A stretch of 59,771 bases of DNA from contig DATMVU010000678.1 of the NCBI GenBank assembly GCA_035562875.1, positions 1 through 59,771 of the forward strand. The letters run 5' to 3'. The translations under genes were made by a program, and so were the position numbers. Below are positions 39,672 to 49,993 of this stretch, piece by piece. Source of the DNA: Actinoplanes sp. (GTDB taxonomy: Bacteria > Actinomycetota > Actinomycetes > Mycobacteriales > Micromonosporaceae). Each line of letters opens with the position of its first letter. Positions within the stretch are counted from its first letter, which is position 1. The notes under the pieces were generated by a model that ran no database searches, was not told the DNA's origin, and saw nothing but the letters and a program-made list of their open reading frames with translations.

Positions 39672-40619
39672 ATGTACGACGTCGTTCTCCTGAGTCTGGC
39701 CGAGGGATCCGGTGACGGCTGCGGCGACGGCTGCGGTGGTTGCCAGTCCGCCTGTGCCACCCCACGTACTCCCGTGCTGGCCTGTGCGGATGCGCTCCGC
39801 GAAGCCGGCGCCCGGGTGGAGACCGTGCTCGCCGGGTCGGACAAGGAGATCGACGCGGTCCTGGCCCGGTTCGACGGTCCGGCCCGGCCGGACGGTCTGA
39901 CCTGGCCGGACCCGGACAGCAGACTGCGGCTGGTGGTGGCGACCGCCACCGACGGCCAGCTGCGCGCGGTGATGCGCCGGCTGGTCCGGCGGTACGCCCC
40001 ACCGCCCAGCAAGCGCCCCGACGATCTGGCTCGCACCCGGACCGTGCCGGATCTGCCGCCGATCGCGATCCTGCCGCTCGACCCGGGGAACACCGGGGAC
40101 CTGGCCGCGCAACTCGGCCTGCCCCGGACCCCGGCCGGGGTGGCCGCCGCGGTGGTGACCGGCACCGTTCGCCGGCTCGACCTGCTGCGCAACGACGGCG
40201 GATCGGTGACCCTGGACGGCGCGTTGCTCGGCGGGGCCGGCGACGACGGGCGGGCGGTGCCGTGGCGCGGCCGGGTCGAGGTCGACGACACCGTGCTGAC
40301 CGACGGCGAGGAGCCGGTACTGGCCTGTGTGATCGGTAACGCCGCGGGTTACGCCGAGTTCGACGGTCTGCGGCTGCTCGCCGACGGTGACCCCACCGAC
40401 GGCCGGGTCGAGGTGTCAGTCGCGGTCCCGACCGTGATCAAGCAGCGATTCCGCGGCACCAAGGTCCGGGTCGAGGTTCGCCGGGCCCGTGGCCGGGCAG
40501 TCTCGGTGCTGCCCCGCGAGGGGGAACTCCAGTTCCTCGACGACGGGGTGGCGGGGTCGACTAGCCGCAAGCGATCCTGGTGGACCGAGGCAGGTGCCTG
40601 GGCGGTGTACGCCGGCTGA
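39672..40619 (+). CDS. Diacylglycerol kinase-like fold protein with N-terminal Cys cluster
   Basis: DAGK-like elements (ILPL..DLAAQLGLP, RRLDL, DGRVEV, DDG); GGDG motif degenerate; starts 1 bp after the purA stop. Confidence 0.6.
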   Translation: MYDVVLLSLAEGSGDGCGDGCGGCQSACATPRTPVLACADALREAGARVETVLAGSDKEIDAVLARFDGPARPDGLTWPDPDSRLRLVVATATDGQLRAVMRRLVRRYAPPPSKRPDDLARTRTVPDLPPIAILPLDPGNTGDLAAQLGLPRTPAGVAAAVVTGTVRRLDLLRNDGGSVTLDGALLGGAGDDGRAVPWRGRVEVDDTVLTDGEEPVLACVIGNAAGYAEFDGLRLLADGDPTDGRVEVSVAVPTVIKQRFRGTKVRVEVRRARGRAVSVLPREGELQFLDDGVAGSTSRKRSWWTEAGAWAVYAG

Positions 40620-40661
40620 ATCCCGTGCAACTCTTGGACGGGCGATGAGCAGCAGATTTTT

Positions 40662-42422
40662 GTGATTCCGGAGGTCTCACCCGTGGCGGACGAGCACGCC
40701 GACCGCATCCACGGCCAGGGCGCCGAATCGGCGCCCCGGGACGTGGAGCCGTTCTGGGCCGATGAACCCGAGACGCCGTTGCACGGCCGTGCCGTGCCAC
40801 TGGCCGACCGGACTCCACCGGTCGGGATGGTCCAGGTCGAGCCAGGGGTGTTCCGGCCGGCCGACGGCACCCCACCGCCGGGAGTGCACGTCCCGGCCCA
40901 GCGGACGTTCACCGGCTGGCCGGTTCCGGACGCCGAACCACCTGCCGTTCCGGTCGAGCAGCCGGTCCAGCAGCAGGCGGTCGCCCGGCAGCCGATCCAC
41001 GAGGCCGCACCCGGGCAGCCGGAACAGCACGTGGAACACACCACCGCGCCGCGCCCGCAACAGCCCGAGGCCGAGCCGTTCCGCGGCGAGGCGCGACCGG
41101 TCACCCAGCCGGTGACACAGGAGCCGGCTCCGGTCGTACCCCGGCAATCGCCGCCGCCCGGGCCTGAGCGACGCGCCCCGGAGACCCCGCATCGCGCCCA
41201 GGTCGCGCCCGTCCCACCGCAACCGGCGCCCTGGCCCGGACCTGCTCAGCAGGACACCGCACCGCCGCCGGTGCACACCACTCCGATCTACGGGCCGGCG
41301 CCGAATGCCGATCCGGGCTGCATGCCGCTGCACAACAACACCCCGGCACCGCCCGGCCCGCCGCAGCCCCGGCCGGTCCAGCCCGTTCAGCCGGGCCCGC
41401 CGGCCCCGCCGATGCCTGTCGACCAGGCGCTGGACGGTCGGCCGCCGGCCGTGGAGGACCCGTTCCAGGAGCTGAACTGGCTGGCGGAGAACACGCCGAC
41501 GGCTGAGGAGTTCGCGAAGCGGCGGCTGGCCCGTCCGGCTCAGCAGAGTGCCACGATGGGTGCTCAGGCGATGATCCAGAAGGCCACGTTCGGGCTGCTG
41601 AGGATGGCGCCCGGGCAGCAGGAGCTGGAGTACAAGCAGGACGTCGAGACGGTTCGCCGCAACTTCGGCGGGCTGCGCCAGGTCACCATCGTGAACCCCA
41701 AGGGCGGTGCCGGTAAGACGGTGGCCGTGCTGCTGCTCGCGATGACGTTCGGGCAGAAGCGCGGTGGTTACGTGCTGGCCTGGGACAACAACGAGACCCA
41801 GGGCACCCTGGGGATGCGGGCGCAGCAGGACTTCCACGCCCGGACGGTCCGCGACATGATGCGTGATCTACATCTCTTCCAGGGCGCGCAGGGCCGGGTC
41901 GGCGATCTGTCGCAGTATGTCCGGGCCCAGGGCGAGGGCATGTTCGACGTGCTGGCCTCGGACGAGTCGGCGACCGCCGGCGAGATGCTCACCGCGACCT
42001 CGTTCGCCGAGATCCGTGACGTGGTCAGCCGGTTCTACAAGCTGATCTTCGTGGACACCGGTAACAACGTCCGCGCGGAGAACTGGCAGGCGTCGATGGA
42101 CGCCACCGACCAGCTGGTGATCACCATGTCGGCGCGTAACGACTCGGCCGAGACCGCGGCCCGCATGCTCGACCACCTGGAGCAGAGCGGCCGGCGGCGA
42201 CTGGTCCGGCACGCGGTGACCATCGTCACCATGCCGCCGACCCGCAAGGACATCGACCTCGACTGGATCCAGCAGCACTTCGCGGCCCGGACCAGGGCGG
42301 TGCTGGTGGCGCCGTACGAGCGGCTGATCGACTCCGGCGAGCCGATCCGCTACGGCCAGCTCTCCACACCCACCAAGGACGCCTGGCTCAAGATCGCCGC
42401 AGCGGTCGCCTCCGGGCTGTGA
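40662..42422 (+). CDS. MinD/ParA-family ATPase with Pro/Gln-rich N-terminus (EspI-like architecture)
   Basis: Deviant Walker A NPKGGAGKT, FVDTGNN; long PQ-rich N-terminal region. Confidence 0.85.
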   Translation: MIPEVSPVADEHADRIHGQGAESAPRDVEPFWADEPETPLHGRAVPLADRTPPVGMVQVEPGVFRPADGTPPPGVHVPAQRTFTGWPVPDAEPPAVPVEQPVQQQAVARQPIHEAAPGQPEQHVEHTTAPRPQQPEAEPFRGEARPVTQPVTQEPAPVVPRQSPPPGPERRAPETPHRAQVAPVPPQPAPWPGPAQQDTAPPPVHTTPIYGPAPNADPGCMPLHNNTPAPPGPPQPRPVQPVQPGPPAPPMPVDQALDGRPPAVEDPFQELNWLAENTPTAEEFAKRRLARPAQQSATMGAQAMIQKATFGLLRMAPGQQELEYKQDVETVRRNFGGLRQVTIVNPKGGAGKTVAVLLLAMTFGQKRGGYVLAWDNNETQGTLGMRAQQDFHARTVRDMMRDLHLFQGAQGRVGDLSQYVRAQGEGMFDVLASDESATAGEMLTATSFAEIRDVVSRFYKLIFVDTGNNVRAENWQASMDATDQLVITMSARNDSAETAARMLDHLEQSGRRRLVRHAVTIVTMPPTRKDIDLDWIQQHFAARTRAVLVAPYERLIDSGEPIRYGQLSTPTKDAWLKIAAAVASGL

Positions 42423-42428
42423 CGCTGC

Positions 42429-42916
42429 TCAATAGCAGTGCTTCGCCGTGCCCTGCTGGAACTCGGCCTCGGGAATGATCTTGTGGGCGGCACGCAGATC
42501 GCCGACCATCACCTGCCCCGGGCCGAGTTCCCGCACCTGCTCCGGTGTGAAGGTCACCGACTGACCGGGGCGACCCGACCCCGCCACGTACTCGGTGCCG
42601 TCCTCGAACGCCTGCAGGGTGTCCTCGGCCAGCAGCCAGCCCACCGGTGGCTCACCCAGCAGGGTCACCCGGGCCTGGCTGGTCGCCGGGTCGTTGTAGT
42701 CGGTCCGCGTGTGCCAGGTCTCCGCCAGCGCACTGCCGGTCCAGCGGTGCACCGACACGCTGCCCTTGAGCGGATCCGGGCAGTTCGGCGCCAGCACCGT
42801 CGGCCGTCCACCTGGATCACCCCGACCATCGGCCACTGCCTGGGCGAGCAGGCGGTCAGAGACAGAAAGGTGACGGGTGCCAGCAGAGCACCCGCCACCC
42901 TGTGAAGCCGTGACAT
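42429..42916 (-). pseudogene. Lipoprotein gene split by a frameshift near 42800
   Basis: Lipobox LTAC in one frame (MSRLHR..LSLTACSP..VDG); the body (RPTVLAPNCPD..KHCY) is in another frame. Confidence 0.6.
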
Positions 42917-42988
42917 GTCCACCCCCGTGGATATCGATCGACATCCACGAAGCTAGGCATCCGGGGCTACGAAGAACTCACGGGACGG

Positions 42989-43408
42989 TCACGTCAGGGC
43001 GTCAGCGGCGGCCGGGTCGCTGTCCCGCAGGAACTGGGCGCACCGGGCCGCCTCGTCCGCCTCGCCGATCGCGGCAGCCGCCTGGGACAGGGCGTGCAGG
43101 CAGCGGAGGAAGCCCTGGTTGGCCTCGTGCGCCCAGGGCACCGGGCCGTGGCCCTTCCAGCCGTTGCGGCGCAGCGCGTCGAGACCGCGGTGGTAGCCGG
43201 TGCGGGCGTAGGCGTACGCGGTGACCGTCTCGCCGTCGGCCAGCGCGGCAGCGGCCAGCGGCGCCCACGCGGCGCTGTAGGACGGGTACTTGGCGGCGAC
43301 CGCCTTGAAGGCCGGGATACCACCCGCGACGGCGTCGGCGAGGGCCTTGTCGGCCTCGGAGTCGGCGGGCAGACGGGTGGCGGGCGGCTCGGGAAGGAGG
43401 TTCTGCAT
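42989..43408 (-). CDS. DUF3151 family protein
   Basis: YAYARTGYHRGLDALRRNGWKGHGPVPW.HE.N.GFLR. Confidence 0.9.
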   Translation of the reverse strand: MQNLLPEPPATRLPADSEADKALADAVAGGIPAFKAVAAKYPSYSAAWAPLAAAALADGETVTAYAYARTGYHRGLDALRRNGWKGHGPVPWAHEANQGFLRCLHALSQAAAAIGEADEAARCAQFLRDSDPAAADALT

Positions 43409-43472
43409 GCCCTCATTCAACCCGGCCCGGCGGCGTTCATTCCGCTGCGGGGCCGGATTCCCCCGTCCCGGC

Positions 43473-44462
43473 TCAGTCCCAGGCCCGGCCCAGCTTGAAC
43501 AACCGGTCGGCGTACTCGATCTGGGTCTGCCAACTGGCCGGCCACGCCGACAGGCCCAGCGACGCACCGGCGAAGGCACCGGCCAGGCAGGCGATCGAGT
43601 CGGAGTCACCGGAGGAGGCGGCACCCCGGCCGACCACGGCGACCGGCTCGTCCGGCGAGATCAGGTAGACGTAGAGGGCGGTGGCCAGTGCCTCCTCGGC
43701 GATCCAGCCGGCCCCGGTGACCAGGCACGGGTCACCGAGGTGGTCGCCGGACGCCAGCGCTGTCGCGACCCGGTCCAGGGCGGTGGCGCACTCGTCCCAG
43801 CCACGGGCGATGAACTCCTCCGGCGAGGTGACCGCCGGCTGCTGCCACAGGTCACCGAGCCAGTCACCGCGGTAGATCTTGCGCTGCTCGGCACAACGCT
43901 CCCGGAGGGCGGCCAGCAGATCCGCCGGTGCCAGCCCACCGGCCAGCAGGTACACCGCCCAGGCGGTCAGCTCGCTCGCCGCCAGCCCGGTCGGATGCCC
44001 GTGTGTCAGGGCGGCCTGGAACTGTGCCGCACCGGCCCGCTGCTCCTCGGTCAGGCCCGGCATCAGACCGACCGGGGTGACCCGCATGTTGGCGCCGCAC
44101 CCCTTCGAACCGGTCTGGGTGGCAAGCGTCCACGGGCGGCCGTCGGCCAGGGCCGCGATGGCGCGCAGGCAGGTCATGCCGGGAGCCCGGTCGTTCTCCG
44201 GGCTGGCCGCCCACTCCAGGAAACGGCGGCGCAGCACCGGCTCGAGCGCATCGGGAGTGATCTGCCGCACTTCGATCAGGGCTTCACCGACGGCGAGCGC
44301 CATCTGGGTGTCGTCGGTGACCAGGGCGGGTTCGCCGACCAGCTGACGCGGGCCGCCCGGGCCGTACCGCGCGACGATCGCCGCATACTCCTGGAACTCC
44401 GTCGGTTTACCGAGGGAGTCCCCGTACGCCAACCCGAAAAGTGAACCCGACGCAGCTCGCAT
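43473..44462 (-). CDS. ADP-ribosylglycohydrolase family protein
   Basis: GDSLG, VTDDTQM, GCGANMR, THGHP, GDSDSIA metal-binding motifs. Confidence 0.92.
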   Translation of the reverse strand: MRAASGSLFGLAYGDSLGKPTEFQEYAAIVARYGPGGPRQLVGEPALVTDDTQMALAVGEALIEVRQITPDALEPVLRRRFLEWAASPENDRAPGMTCLRAIAALADGRPWTLATQTGSKGCGANMRVTPVGLMPGLTEEQRAGAAQFQAALTHGHPTGLAASELTAWAVYLLAGGLAPADLLAALRERCAEQRKIYRGDWLGDLWQQPAVTSPEEFIARGWDECATALDRVATALASGDHLGDPCLVTGAGWIAEEALATALYVYLISPDEPVAVVGRGAASSGDSDSIACLAGAFAGASLGLSAWPASWQTQIEYADRLFKLGRAWD

Positions 44463-44521
44463 GCGGTCAACTCTATGGAGTTCGTCAACGATTCGCCTTT
44501 CGGGAGCTTCCGCCTAGCAAG

Positions 44522-45718
44522 ATGGATTCCATGCCCGATCCATTGCAACCAGTGCTCGGTGGGGACGCTCCGTTCGACGCGACCGCCGACGAGATCGAAA
44601 CCCGTGCCGAGTTCGACCTGCACCTGGCCAAGAACACCCTGGCCGGTCTCTGCGTCCTCGGCCTGCGCCTGGACCGGGATCCGCCGGATCTGACCGGTGT
44701 GGACGTGCGGGAGACCATGTTCGTCGGCTGTCACCTGTCCGGGCCGGAGGCGGAGATCGATCTGATCCGGCGGGGTGCACACGTGATCCCGCCGTTCGAC
44801 GAGCGGCCCTACCCGACCCATCCGGCACTGCTCTACACCCCCGAGGACCTGTCCGCCGGATTCGCGGAAAACGGCTTCGCCGGGATGTACGACACCCTCG
44901 TCTACCAGCATTTCGTCGCCCACGGCGGAGCCGTCCCGGACATCCGGGAGGCGCTGTCCCAGCGACTGCACGACGCCGGCGTCGACAACGCGCTCGGCAA
45001 GGCGCTGAACGAATGGGCGCACGTGCACGGACCGGGTGGTGCGATCGGGATCATGGGTGGTCACGCCGCGGCCCGGGGCTCGGACCCGTACCGGATGGCC
45101 GCCTTGCTGGCCCAGCGACTGGCCGCGAGTGACCGGCTGATCGTCACCGGCGGTGGGCCCGGGGTGATGGAGGCGGCGAACCTGGGCGCCTACTTCGCCT
45201 CCCGGGCCGCCGGTGAACTGGACGCCGCGATCGACCTGCTGTCGGCGGCGCCGGACTTCCTCGACCACGATCCGTTCACCGCCGCGGCCCTGCGGGTCCG
45301 TGAGCTCCACCCGCTGCCCGAAGTGGACGTGGCCGGGCGGCTGCGGCACGGCGGGCTGGCCCTGCCCACCTGGCTCTACGGACACGAGCCGGCCAACCTG
45401 TTCGCCGGGCAGATCGGCAAGTACTTCTCCAACGCGGTCCGGGAGGACTCGATCCTGCGCCTCGCCCGGGGCGGGATCGTCTTCGCACCCGGCTGGGCCG
45501 GAACCGTGCAGGAGATCTTCCAGGCGGCGACGAAGACGTTCTACGTGACCGACGGGCCGTCCGGGGCCTACGTCTTCCTCGGCACCGAGCACTGGTCGAG
45601 ACTGCCGGTGGCGGAGCTGCTGCGGGCGTTGCTGGCCCGTTCGCCGCACGGGGACCAGTCCGGCCTGGTGGTCGTCACCGACAGCCTGGACGAAGCCGTG
45701 GAGGCTCTCTCCCGGTAG
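44522..45718 (+). CDS. LOG-family (nucleotide monophosphate nucleosidase-like) Rossmann protein, long form
   Basis: MGGH, TGGGPGVMEAANLG, PTWLYGHEP, PGWAGTVQE; start uncertain (44522 or 44531). Confidence 0.85.
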   Translation: MDSMPDPLQPVLGGDAPFDATADEIETRAEFDLHLAKNTLAGLCVLGLRLDRDPPDLTGVDVRETMFVGCHLSGPEAEIDLIRRGAHVIPPFDERPYPTHPALLYTPEDLSAGFAENGFAGMYDTLVYQHFVAHGGAVPDIREALSQRLHDAGVDNALGKALNEWAHVHGPGGAIGIMGGHAAARGSDPYRMAALLAQRLAASDRLIVTGGGPGVMEAANLGAYFASRAAGELDAAIDLLSAAPDFLDHDPFTAAALRVRELHPLPEVDVAGRLRHGGLALPTWLYGHEPANLFAGQIGKYFSNAVREDSILRLARGGIVFAPGWAGTVQEIFQAATKTFYVTDGPSGAYVFLGTEHWSRLPVAELLRALLARSPHGDQSGLVVVTDSLDEAVEALSR

Positions 45719-45744
45719 TTGTGCGGCTACCGCACACTGCTGCC

Positions 45745-46068
45745 ATGGAGCAGATCGTGACGGTGGTAATGATCGGCGGACTGATCGTTTTCGCTGGAAT
45801 CCTGGTGCGGGCGATGGTCCTCAACTCGCGGTCCGCCTATCGGAAGGGCCGGAGCCGGGACACCGGGACCTCGACGTCGTACGCCCACAACGACGGCACC
45901 GCCGGTTACTACGACGGCTCGTCATCGTCGGACGACGGCCGCGGCTCGTCCGGTGACAGCGGCGGCTCCTTCTGGGGCGGCGACAGCGGCTCCTCCTGGG
46001 GCGGCGGGGACAGCGGTGGCGGGTCCTGGGGCGGCGGTGGCGACAGCGGCGGTAGCAGCGGGTCCTGA
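45745..46068 (+). CDS. Small membrane protein with Gly/Ser-rich (GGDSGG.W) tail
   Basis: N-terminal TM followed by GGDSGG repeats. Confidence 0.7.
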   Translation: MEQIVTVVMIGGLIVFAGILVRAMVLNSRSAYRKGRSRDTGTSTSYAHNDGTAGYYDGSSSSDDGRGSSGDSGGSFWGGDSGSSWGGGDSGGGSWGGGGDSGGSSGS

Positions 46069-46120
46069 CCCGTCCAGTCGACGTGCATGCGGAGTCCCAC
46101 CTGGGCGGACGTGCGTCCGC

Positions 46121-46636
46121 TCAGGCCACGTGCACGCGGCGCCAGTGGGCCGCGGGCAGGTCGGTCTCCGGGACGTCGGTGAGGCCGTTCTCGTCCATCG
46201 CGTTGAAGACCGCGAGACGCGCGCCGTCGAACAGGAACTCGACGGCGTGCAGCACCCGGGGCCGCCAGTCGGCGGCGGTGGTCCGCTCGATGATGTTCAC
46301 CGCCCGCAGGGACCGGCCCCGGGCCTTGCGCAGTGCGGCGTGCGGGTCGGGCCGCCAGTCGAAATGTTCGTAGAGGTCGATCGGCACGTCCATGTCGATC
46401 TGGTCCCAGGTGATCGCACACTCGTCGAATTTCCGGTGCGTGATCTCCACTCGGCTCAGTCCGAAGTCGAGGATGACCGGGCCGTCCGCGAACCAGCCAC
46501 GCTCGGCCACATCCCACAGCAGGTGACTGGACCGTAGTCTGCGCCCGATGAGCCGGACGAACATGTGCCGATGGGTGGCAGCGAGGGCTTCGGCATCATG
46601 GTGCCACTCGGGTTTCCAGCTCTCGATTACGAGCAT
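46121..46636 (-). CDS. Hypothetical protein
   Basis: High-GC3 ORF; WFADGPVILDF, FNAMDENG. Confidence 0.7.
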   Translation of the reverse strand: MLVIESWKPEWHHDAEALAATHRHMFVRLIGRRLRSSHLLWDVAERGWFADGPVILDFGLSRVEITHRKFDECAITWDQIDMDVPIDLYEHFDWRPDPHAALRKARGRSLRAVNIIERTTAADWRPRVLHAVEFLFDGARLAVFNAMDENGLTDVPETDLPAAHWRRVHVA

Positions 46637-46752
46637 GACCACCGTCCTGCCGATCTTGATCGGTCGATGGTACCCACGCCATTGTGTGACCCTGCAACAC
46701 AGAAGCGGCCGGTCCCCACAAAAGGGACCGGCCGTTACCGTCGATTCAGTGA

Positions 46753-47778
<1,026 letters not shown>

Positions 47779-47941
47779 CGGTTGCGCTCCTTGCTCTTTG
47801 ACACACGCGGGCAGCAGAGGGCAGGACCGCACTGTCCTCCAGCAGGAAGTATTCCGCAGTCGCGGTGCGTAACTGAAATCGCCCCGAAATCTGCACCGAG
47901 ATTCCGACACATGGGATCTAAGAGACACCTAGTGTCGGGAC

Positions 47942-48218
47942 ATGTTCCCGCTCTTGGGACGGATCGCCGCGGCTGCGGCTGTCGTCCCGCTCGCTCTGAG
48001 TGGCGCTGCCCTCCCCACGTGGGCGGTTACCAGTGCCCCGACGATCACCGAGGCGATGTTCCCGGCCGGAGCTGCCGATCACCGGCCCGGGACGACTTCT
48101 CGTCGTGGGACTGCTCCTCCTGGTCACCGGTGCACTGGTCAGGCTCCCGGTGGACCGGATCGGAAAGAAGTCCGGCGGCCGTTTGCCCGGTGTTCGGGGC
48201 GGGGAAGCCGCACCATGA
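47942..48218 (+). pseudogene. Frameshifted or truncated LPxTG sortase-substrate gene
   Basis: Signal peptide in the 47942 frame; LPITG (48072-48086), hydrophobic helix and basic tail in the 48000 frame. Confidence 0.5.
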
Positions 48219-48250
48219 GGGAAGACAGCGACGGACGAAGGGAGCCGGTG

Positions 48251-48409
48251 ATGACCAACCCGGTGGAAGTCGATCTGGAGACGCCGGAGGCCGACGCGGT
48301 GGAGCAGGCGACCACGGTGCACGGCTGGCAGAACGACGACGCGGAGGAGCGCACGCCCGTCGCCGACGAGGAGAGTCGGCTGGTGGAGTTCGACGACGAC
48401 TACCGTTGA
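48251..48409 (+). CDS. Small acidic hypothetical protein (52 aa)
   Basis: AAGGGAG RBS; ETPEADAVEQ..VEFDDDYR. Confidence 0.65.
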   Translation: MTNPVEVDLETPEADAVEQATTVHGWQNDDAEERTPVADEESRLVEFDDDYR

Positions 48410-48416
48410 CGCGCAC

Positions 48417-49418
48417 TCAGCCGTCGACGTAGTCCGGGTTGGCCCGGGCCCACTCGGCCAGCCGGTCCTCCCGGATCGCCGTGTACAGGGCCGGGCCCAC
48501 CTCGGGGTAGATCGCCTCGGTCCGGCTGCCCTCGTGGCCACCGGCGGCGGAGCGGGCACCGATGCCGATCGTCTCCGGGGCGGACAGTGACGCGGCCAGG
48601 CGCAGCAGGCTCGTGGTGTCGCCGTCGACCTCGATGCCGTTCTTCGCCGCTGCCAGCAGAGCCTGTAGTTCGTCCAGGCCGGTTCCGTCCGCTGTCACCT
48701 TCGCCGCGAGGGATCGCAGGAAGGCCCGGTTGTGGGCGTCCCGGTCGTAGGAGCCGTTCGGCAGCCGGATCCGGCCCTGGATCAACGGCCGGACCTCGTC
48801 GGGCCCGATCTCCTGACAGCCGGCCGGCAGAGCTTTGCGCCCGCCGTTCGCGACGATGCCCTGTTTCAGGCAGATCGGCACGCCGCCGACCGCCGCGGTG
48901 ATCCCGGTGAGGGCCGGCAGCCCGACAGTCACTGTGGCGTCGATGTCGACACCGGTCAGGGCCTGTACCGCGGCCCGGGTCACGGCCGGCCCGCGCATCA
49001 GGGTCTCGTTGAGTTTCTCCCCGGTCGGGAGCATCCCGCCCCGGGGCAGGCTGACCAGGTAGACCTGTTTCCGATCCGCGGTCAGGTGCAGAAGCATGAC
49101 CGTGTCGGCCCGCTGGTGTCCGGCCTCCCACTGCTGCCGGTGGTCGCTGCCGAGGAGCAGCACGTCGACCGGGCCGGCCGGAGCGGTGGTGGAGCCGGCC
49201 ACCGGCAGGGCCGGTCCGCTGCCCCGGTACGCCCCGAACACGGCCGGTGCCACGGCGACGGCGAGGGCCACCACTGCTGCCGCTCCCACGGTTCGGCGCC
49301 ACGTACGACGGCGCTTTGCTCGTACCCAAGCGGAATCGATCTTGTCGCGGACCGGCCCGGCAGCCGGGGTGTCGGCCTCGTGCCGCGCGAACGCCGCCCG
49401 GAGTTCGTCCTCGATCAT
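48417..49418 (-). CDS. LCP (LytR-CpsA-Psr) domain protein with anti-sigma-like N-terminus
   Basis: MIEDELRAAF..RRR, TM, then VLLLGSD..RADTVMLL..VSLPR..KLN..VGGV. Confidence 0.8.
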   Translation of the reverse strand: MIEDELRAAFARHEADTPAAGPVRDKIDSAWVRAKRRRTWRRTVGAAAVVALAVAVAPAVFGAYRGSGPALPVAGSTTAPAGPVDVLLLGSDHRQQWEAGHQRADTVMLLHLTADRKQVYLVSLPRGGMLPTGEKLNETLMRGPAVTRAAVQALTGVDIDATVTVGLPALTGITAAVGGVPICLKQGIVANGGRKALPAGCQEIGPDEVRPLIQGRIRLPNGSYDRDAHNRAFLRSLAAKVTADGTGLDELQALLAAAKNGIEVDGDTTSLLRLAASLSAPETIGIGARSAAGGHEGSRTEAIYPEVGPALYTAIREDRLAEWARANPDYVDG

Positions 49419-49897
49419 GGAATCTCCACCAGTTCTGCCCGGAGGTTGCCGAGCCCTCGTGAGATGGACGAGCGAACCGTGCCGACGGCGCAGCCGAGGA
49501 TCTCGGCGATCTCCCGGTCCGGCAGGTCCTCGTAGTAGCGCAGGACGAGAGCGGCCCGCTGGCGGCGGGGAAGCCGGGCGAGCAGGCCCCACATCCGGTC
49601 GCGTTCGGCGCTGGCGGCGGCGTGGTCGGCCGGGCCGGGAACTGTCTCGTCCGGGTCGGCGCGCAGCAGGACCCGCCGCCACCAGGAACCACGACGCTGT
49701 TCGATGAACTGATTGGTCAGGATCCGGCGCACATAGGCGTCCGGCGCGTCGCTGGCCGCCACCCGGTGCCAGTTCAACTGGGTACGCACCATGGTCTCCT
49801 GCACCAGGTCCTGCGCGGATGCAGGATTGCCGGTCAGCATGACGGCGTAGCGCAGCAGGGCGCTGAGCCGGCTGTCGGCGAACTCCTCGTAGGTCAC
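49415..49897 (-). CDS. SigE-family ECF RNA polymerase sigma factor
   Basis: AQDLVQET, LPRRQRAALVLRYYEDL..EIAEILGCAVGTVRS; ATGA overlap with the downstream gene. Confidence 0.92.
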   Translation of the reverse strand: MTYEEFADSRLSALLRYAVMLTGNPASAQDLVQETMVRTQLNWHRVAASDAPDAYVRRILTNQFIEQRRGSWWRRVLLRADPDETVPGPADHAAASAERDRMWGLLARLPRRQRAALVLRYYEDLPDREIAEILGCAVGTVRSSISRGLGNLRAELVEIP

Positions 49898-49993
49898 GGC
49901 CACCTCCGTTCTTCTGACGTGATCAGGACCGGAGAACATTGCGCGGTACGGAATTCGGTCGCTCCCGCTACCGGCCGCTGACACCATCGACGG

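Noticed and set aside
40662-42422. Type VII secretion locus suggested by the EspI-like ATPase
   Set aside because: No ecc, esx or mycosin genes in the window.
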